Source: Chloroflexota bacterium (GTDB taxonomy: Bacteria; Chloroflexota; Dehalococcoidia; Lucifugimonadales; JADFKI01). From it: 19,610 nucleotides of DNA. This document shows, piece by piece, positions 15,400 through 19,610 of this stretch (positions are counted from its first letter, which is position 1; each line of letters opens with the position of its first letter). The DNA is taken from assembly GCA_027623195.1 (NCBI GenBank), contig JAQBUT010000037.1:1-19610 (forward strand), written 5' to 3'. The notes under the pieces are model-generated. The model was not told where the DNA came from, ran no database searches, and saw nothing but the letters and a program-made list of their open reading frames with translations. Made by a program: the position numbers and the translations under genes.

Positions 15400-17214
15400 C
15401 TACGCCGACTTGTTGCCGAGAACAGCCCTAACGATTCGGGAATTCGATGCCCTGACGTGTAGACCAGACGAATATGCCATATATGAAGCCAGAATTATGC
15501 AGACCGCCGCGAATATCAGCAAAAATGGCCCTCGTGAAGGACCAACGTCGTTGACGGCAATCGCTGGAGAAACGGTCGCCTGTTGCGTTACAGTGCTCCC
15601 CTGAAATCCCGCGTAGCTAACGCTGGCTCGAATGCTCAGGTCGGAGTCATCCTCATTTGGGCGAATCACAAAGGTCGCCAGGCCCCTCTCATCCGTGCTC
15701 ATTACCAGAGGCTCGTTCAGCAGGCCAGCCGACTCCCAAACTACTTCTGCGTTGGCCACCGGCTCGCCCTCGGCAGTGACAATGGCTGTGATATCGGCGT
15801 CGGCCCCGGCGGTTAGCACAGGCACGTCCAGCGCTACCTCCAGTTCCTGGCGTTCAATCTCAAAGGCCAGCGACGTGCCCTCAACGCCTGGCGCCGCTGC
15901 TGCAAGGGTCACCTGCCGCTCGGTGGAGTCCTTGCCAAGATTAAGTGTCACGAAGCTATGTCCGGCCGGTATCTCGAGCCTGGTGGGTAGATCCGCACCC
16001 TGGCTCAGCAGGTTGACTGTGTGGCCGTCATGAAATACCACCGGCCTACCCGACTGGTCGATCAGCTGAATAGTGATCGTCGAAGGCACGGGGTCAGTTC
16101 CCAAAGGGGTGGACGGCGCCTGCTGCAAAGACAAGCGCGTTTCCAGGACGCCATAGGTAGGCATCTCCACCGTAGCGGACACCATACCCACGGCGCCAGC
16201 CGAAACTGTGGCGCTGCCGGGCCTGTCGGTGCTGCGAACGCCATACGTCACGTATGAACGGGAGGCCTCGCAGTTTGACGGTGACGCGGGACTTGTAACA
16301 GTAAGAATCCGCGGGTCGGACGAGACAACGGAGACATCAGTGCATGGGAAATCCACAGGTACTCGATTGGCGTCCAGGGCCCGGAGGACTATTGCCTGAC
16401 GTTCCACCCCTCTGGCTGGCAAAGACGGCAGAAGCGAGTAGGCTTCCAAGATGGATGGCTCTCCCTGTTCCACCAGTTCGGAGATCGACACCCAGGCGGT
16501 GCCGGACTGCATGGCTTCAGCTTGGGCCAGTATGCTTACATCGTCGGTCTTTTGGGGTATCCACTGGGTCATGGCCACGTAACCGCCCGCCGGAATTACT
16601 ACCGTCCTGGGCAGGTCGATGGACTCTGACGCAGAACTGGTAAGCACTACCTGGATGTCTCGTGGGGCAAGAAACGGAATTCCAGAGGCGTCTACCAGGG
16701 CCACTGAGAGCAGGCCCGGCTGGCCCGGGTATACCACTGGTGGAAGGGCAGAGACGGCCAGCCTGTACGGAGGCTGTGAGCCCAGGCTACTGGCTGTGCC
16801 AAGGCCGACCTCCGCGTCTGCAAAGCCCACGGCCACAGCTTTTAGGCGCACCGTTCCGGGCATATGAGATACGGTCACAGGAACGATGGCGTAGCTGGTG
16901 CCAGGCTCTACGACAGCCTCATCGGGCAATGCTGCGATATCCGGATCGGAGCTGGTCAAAAATACTCGCACCGGTTCAAGGCTTTGAACTGGGGTGCTGT
17001 CCTGCTCCCAGAGCTGAACATAAAGGGCCCTGTAAGTGTTTCCGTCTGCCGGCAGGCTGGATGGGGCAATAGTTAAAGAGAGCTTCCCCCCTGGGGCGAG
17101 GCTCTGTGCCTCTAACGTGGATGGAGTGATAGCCAGCACACCAATCACGGCAGATAGACAAACCGCTATAACAGGGGAGAAACCTGCCCGGCGGGCAAAG
17201 AGCAACGCGTTCAT
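15400..17214 (-). CDS. Secreted, C-terminally membrane-anchored protein with ~5 tandem Ig-like (invasin/Big-type) domains
   Basis: Signal peptide ending LEA|QS. Repeated ~105-aa units (V.L.D..G.P.....V.L.SS....LP..V.IP.G.S). The last unit has the Big_1-like GEPVANAEV...TDERGLATF. C-terminal TM FLLIFAAVCIILASYMAY is followed by a basic tail. Confidence 0.75.
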   Translation of the reverse strand: MNALLFARRAGFSPVIAVCLSAVIGVLAITPSTLEAQSLAPGGKLSLTIAPSSLPADGNTYRALYVQLWEQDSTPVQSLEPVRVFLTSSDPDIAALPDEAVVEPGTSYAIVPVTVSHMPGTVRLKAVAVGFADAEVGLGTASSLGSQPPYRLAVSALPPVVYPGQPGLLSVALVDASGIPFLAPRDIQVVLTSSASESIDLPRTVVIPAGGYVAMTQWIPQKTDDVSILAQAEAMQSGTAWVSISELVEQGEPSILEAYSLLPSLPARGVERQAIVLRALDANRVPVDFPCTDVSVVSSDPRILTVTSPASPSNCEASRSYVTYGVRSTDRPGSATVSAGAVGMVSATVEMPTYGVLETRLSLQQAPSTPLGTDPVPSTITIQLIDQSGRPVVFHDGHTVNLLSQGADLPTRLEIPAGHSFVTLNLGKDSTERQVTLAAAAPGVEGTSLAFEIERQELEVALDVPVLTAGADADITAIVTAEGEPVANAEVVWESAGLLNEPLVMSTDERGLATFVIRPNEDDSDLSIRASVSYAGFQGSTVTQQATVSPAIAVNDVGPSRGPFLLIFAAVCIILASYMAYSSGLHVRASNSRIVRAVLGNKSA

Positions 17215-17297
17215 CCCTAAAGTCCAGTCTGATTAAATAATCGTCCCGTCTTTAGGTAAACACTTTTCGGTCGGTGGCCAAGCGACGGTTGTGCCAT

Positions 17298-18290
17298 CTA
17301 CCGTCCGGCTTCCCGTTCCATCAACTCGGTCTGGCGCTGGATATTGCTCTCTAACAGTTCGGCTACCCTGGCCAGACTTTGGACCGCACTGGTGTGCGAT
17401 TTCAGGTGAGTGGCATACTCTGAAATCGATTCACCAAGCTGGTCCAGAGAAATCTTTATCTGCCTTTGCTCATCAGTTAGCTCTTCGACGGCCTCGACAA
17501 TGGGCGACATGGACTCGGCGGCATTGCCAAGAGGCGCAATCAAATCTGCATTGACACGTGAGGCCCTGGGCATTCGATCCAGGTTTCCTTTGGCCATGTG
17601 CATATCGGGTCTGAAGGCGTCGTCATCCTGCATCACTACGTCGATGATTGTCAGGCCAGACGCCGGTTGCCCCAGCCCTTCTCCGTGCGGACCTTCCAGC
17701 ATGTTGTCCTTCGGTGATTGTGGCTTTCTCAGCACCGTAGTGTGAAACATGACCATTGCCGGTATGTAAAGCAGCGAGATTAGAATGGCTATGGACACGA
17801 ATAGGATGCCGCGCGGGCTGGTCAGCATCACCACCGGCTTGCCCACCGCTGGTATCCGTAGCGTCTGCTTACCCTCTACCTGTGCGGATGTCACTGGCCA
17901 CGGGTCGGTGCTGCTGTTGTCTCCCTTGGTAATTAACACCCGCTGGCCATTGCGGGCTCCCGTTTTTTGCACACGATGCAGGATGGTATTGGGCCCGGAT
18001 GCGGCCTCTGCGGCGTCTGGAATCTTGTAAGCAATAATGTCCCCAGCGTCGATTTCCGAGAATCGCATGCCCTTAAGCAGGATTATGTCGCCGGAGAAGA
18101 GCGTTGGTTCCATACTCTCGCCGTTAACCAGGCGCAGAGGGAGGAAGTTACCGGAGTATACGGAGAGCGCGCTGTAAGCAAAAAGCAACAGCAAGACAAA
18201 CAGACGTGTGCTGAATAGACGTCGCCTTTCACCGGTGTGTTCGGTGATGGGCATGGAAGCGCTTACGACGCCAGCGTTACGGGCAGGCAT
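17298..18290 (-). CDS. Signal peptidase I, Ser-His (SipW/Sec11-type, S26B) with C-terminal coiled-coil extension
   Basis: N-terminal TM, GESMEPTL (Ser), GDII, ILHRV (His in place of Lys), ITKGDN, IPAVG, a second TM and a helical tail. Alternative start ATG 18254. Confidence 0.88.
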   Translation of the reverse strand: MPARNAGVVSASMPITEHTGERRRLFSTRLFVLLLLFAYSALSVYSGNFLPLRLVNGESMEPTLFSGDIILLKGMRFSEIDAGDIIAYKIPDAAEAASGPNTILHRVQKTGARNGQRVLITKGDNSSTDPWPVTSAQVEGKQTLRIPAVGKPVVMLTSPRGILFVSIAILISLLYIPAMVMFHTTVLRKPQSPKDNMLEGPHGEGLGQPASGLTIIDVVMQDDDAFRPDMHMAKGNLDRMPRASRVNADLIAPLGNAAESMSPIVEAVEELTDEQRQIKISLDQLGESISEYATHLKSHTSAVQSLARVAELLESNIQRQTELMEREAGR

Positions 18291-18804
18291 TGAGTCTCGT
18301 CACAACGGTGCTGTAGTTGTCAATAGTGGGACTAGGCCCTCCCAGATCGACCCGAAAGCGCACGCCTTCAACCTGATTACCATCGGCGTTGGAGTTCTTA
18401 AAGTAAAGTGTGCGGAGGAGACTACCGTCGCCGAAGACCTCTACGCTGTATATGCGAGTTGCATCCCACGAGGTGGAGATGACTTCCGCAATCTGGCCGC
18501 CATAAACCAGGTTTCCGGCAATCAGATCACCTCTTGCGATGGGATTGTTTCCTGCTGCCTCAACACCAGGGCAAACCACAGCATTGGCTGCTCGATTACC
18601 ACCCTGGGTTATGTGCCCTTGCAATCTCACAAGCACATCGGCGTCTGGCGTGATCCGCTCCTGAAATACGGTGACGTAAGAAGTGGAGGAGGCGATGTTG
18701 ACTGCCCCAACAGACGTGGAGGCAAGAAGGGCTACGCCCCCAATAAGTATTAGTGCAGCGACAACGTAATGGCTACGCACGATTATTCGAATCCCACCAT
18801 TCAT
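18277..18804 (-). CDS. Secreted beta-rich subunit B (paralog of 18856..19356); candidate filament/pilin protein
   Basis: Signal peptide YVVAALILIGGVALLASTSVGA, two Cys, and a C-terminal half that aligns with the neighbouring gene. Confidence 0.75.
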   Translation of the reverse strand: MNGGIRIIVRSHYVVAALILIGGVALLASTSVGAVNIASSTSYVTVFQERITPDADVLVRLQGHITQGGNRAANAVVCPGVEAAGNNPIARGDLIAGNLVYGGQIAEVISTSWDATRIYSVEVFGDGSLLRTLYFKNSNADGNQVEGVRFRVDLGGPSPTIDNYSTVVTRLNACP

Positions 18805-18855
18805 GGATCCTGACGTTGGGAAGCAAGGCCCAAATCACCCGGAGGTCCTGTCTTC

Positions 18856-19356
18856 TTAGAACCTGTCGACCTTCACGGTCATGGAGTCCGGAACGCCAGT
18901 GCCAAGGCCTACTCTGACGGTGGCGCCTTCGATGGCAGCGGCATTGTCGGTGCTGTTGTTGATATAGAGGATGCCAAGGGACTGGCCATCAGCGAAGGTC
19001 TCTATCCGGTATTGCCGGGTGACGTCCCATGAGGCGATCCCGATCTCTTGCAGCGTGAACTGGTACACAAAATCACCAGGGTTGAGGGGCGTGTTGATTG
19101 TGACCAACGCGGTGTCCACGTCTACAGGCGACCCCTGGTTGTCACCGTTGGCCGCCACGGTCAGCCCCGACATGGAAATGGACGTATTGGACACGTTGGT
19201 GTCCGGGTCCACCACGAAGTTCTCTGCCGAGAGGTCTACTTGGGTGGTGGTTGTGTTTATGGTCAACGTGGCCACACCAGAGGCCGACACCACGATTACG
19301 AATCCGAAAATGATTAAAACGAAAAGGGGTAGGCTGCGAATTTTGTCCAGAATCAC
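18856..19356 (-). CDS. Secreted beta-rich subunit A with TasA-like motifs; candidate major filament protein
   Basis: GTG start after a GGAGGT RBS. Signal peptide LPLFVLIIFGFVIVVSASGVA. Thr/Val/Asn-rich mature chain with VDLSA and LNPGD motifs. Confidence 0.78.
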   Translation of the reverse strand: MILDKIRSLPLFVLIIFGFVIVVSASGVATLTINTTTTQVDLSAENFVVDPDTNVSNTSISMSGLTVAANGDNQGSPVDVDTALVTINTPLNPGDFVYQFTLQEIGIASWDVTRQYRIETFADGQSLGILYINNSTDNAAAIEGATVRVGLGTGVPDSMTVKVDRF

Positions 19357-19610
19357 TTTGCCGAGTACCTCCGAATTTCACACATAGATACGCACTAAGT
19401 GCCCTCAATCCGCTCCAGGGCATCTATAGCGACGCGCTATGAAACGTATCAGGGGAATCGTATGTTTCTGGTGTGTGCTAAGGACGGAGAATGTGTGAGT
19501 TTCGGCAGCCTACAGGCGGGCATGAGCTGAAGCAAAAATATACATGAGTCATCCCGAATTTAGGAAAGTGAATTGGGGCGATGGGGAGAAAGCGAGCCAT
19601 AGGCGGCTCA

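Noticed and set aside
18277..19356. Type IV pilin/archaellin or sortase-pilus interpretation of the secreted pair
   Set aside because: No class III G|FxxxE cleavage motif, no LPxTG, and no prepilin peptidase or sortase adjacent; the co-encoded enzyme is an S26 peptidase.
1..19610. CRISPR arrays, tRNA/rRNA genes, transposases or integrases
   Set aside because: None recognised by eye; the only tandem repetition is the Pro/Thr coding linker.

Overview
GC-rich bacterial chromosomal window; gene content and style suggest Chloroflexota/Dehalococcoidia (SAR202-like), which is an inference only. The backbone is mostly minus-strand housekeeping and metabolic genes: acyl-CoA dehydrogenase, SDR epimerase, MBL hydrolase, moaC, rnhA, moaA, rdgB, class I aldolase and FBPase, plus a plus-strand SQR-like flavoprotein. 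Four accessory elements stand out. (1) At the left edge, the tail of a TPR gene is followed by an integron attC site whose R' box is replaced by GATAT. This site is fused to a start-less membrane-protein ORF, consistent with a gene cassette integrated at a secondary (attG-type) site inside a host gene. (2) An AT-rich two-gene islet encodes a ~3-TM protein and a ThsB-like TIR protein, a candidate Thoeris-like anti-phage system with a non-canonical effector. (3) An orphan, ATPase-less protein resembles the C-terminal half of DUF6079/BrxC. (4) A four-gene operon encodes two paralogous secreted beta-rich subunits with TasA-like motifs, a dedicated Ser-His (SipW-type) signal peptidase with a coiled-coil tail, and a membrane-anchored tandem-Ig protein. 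This is a candidate undescribed extracellular filament/pilus system. The fbp gene also carries an apparent 12-codon deletion. Family assignments come from motif recognition without database searches.
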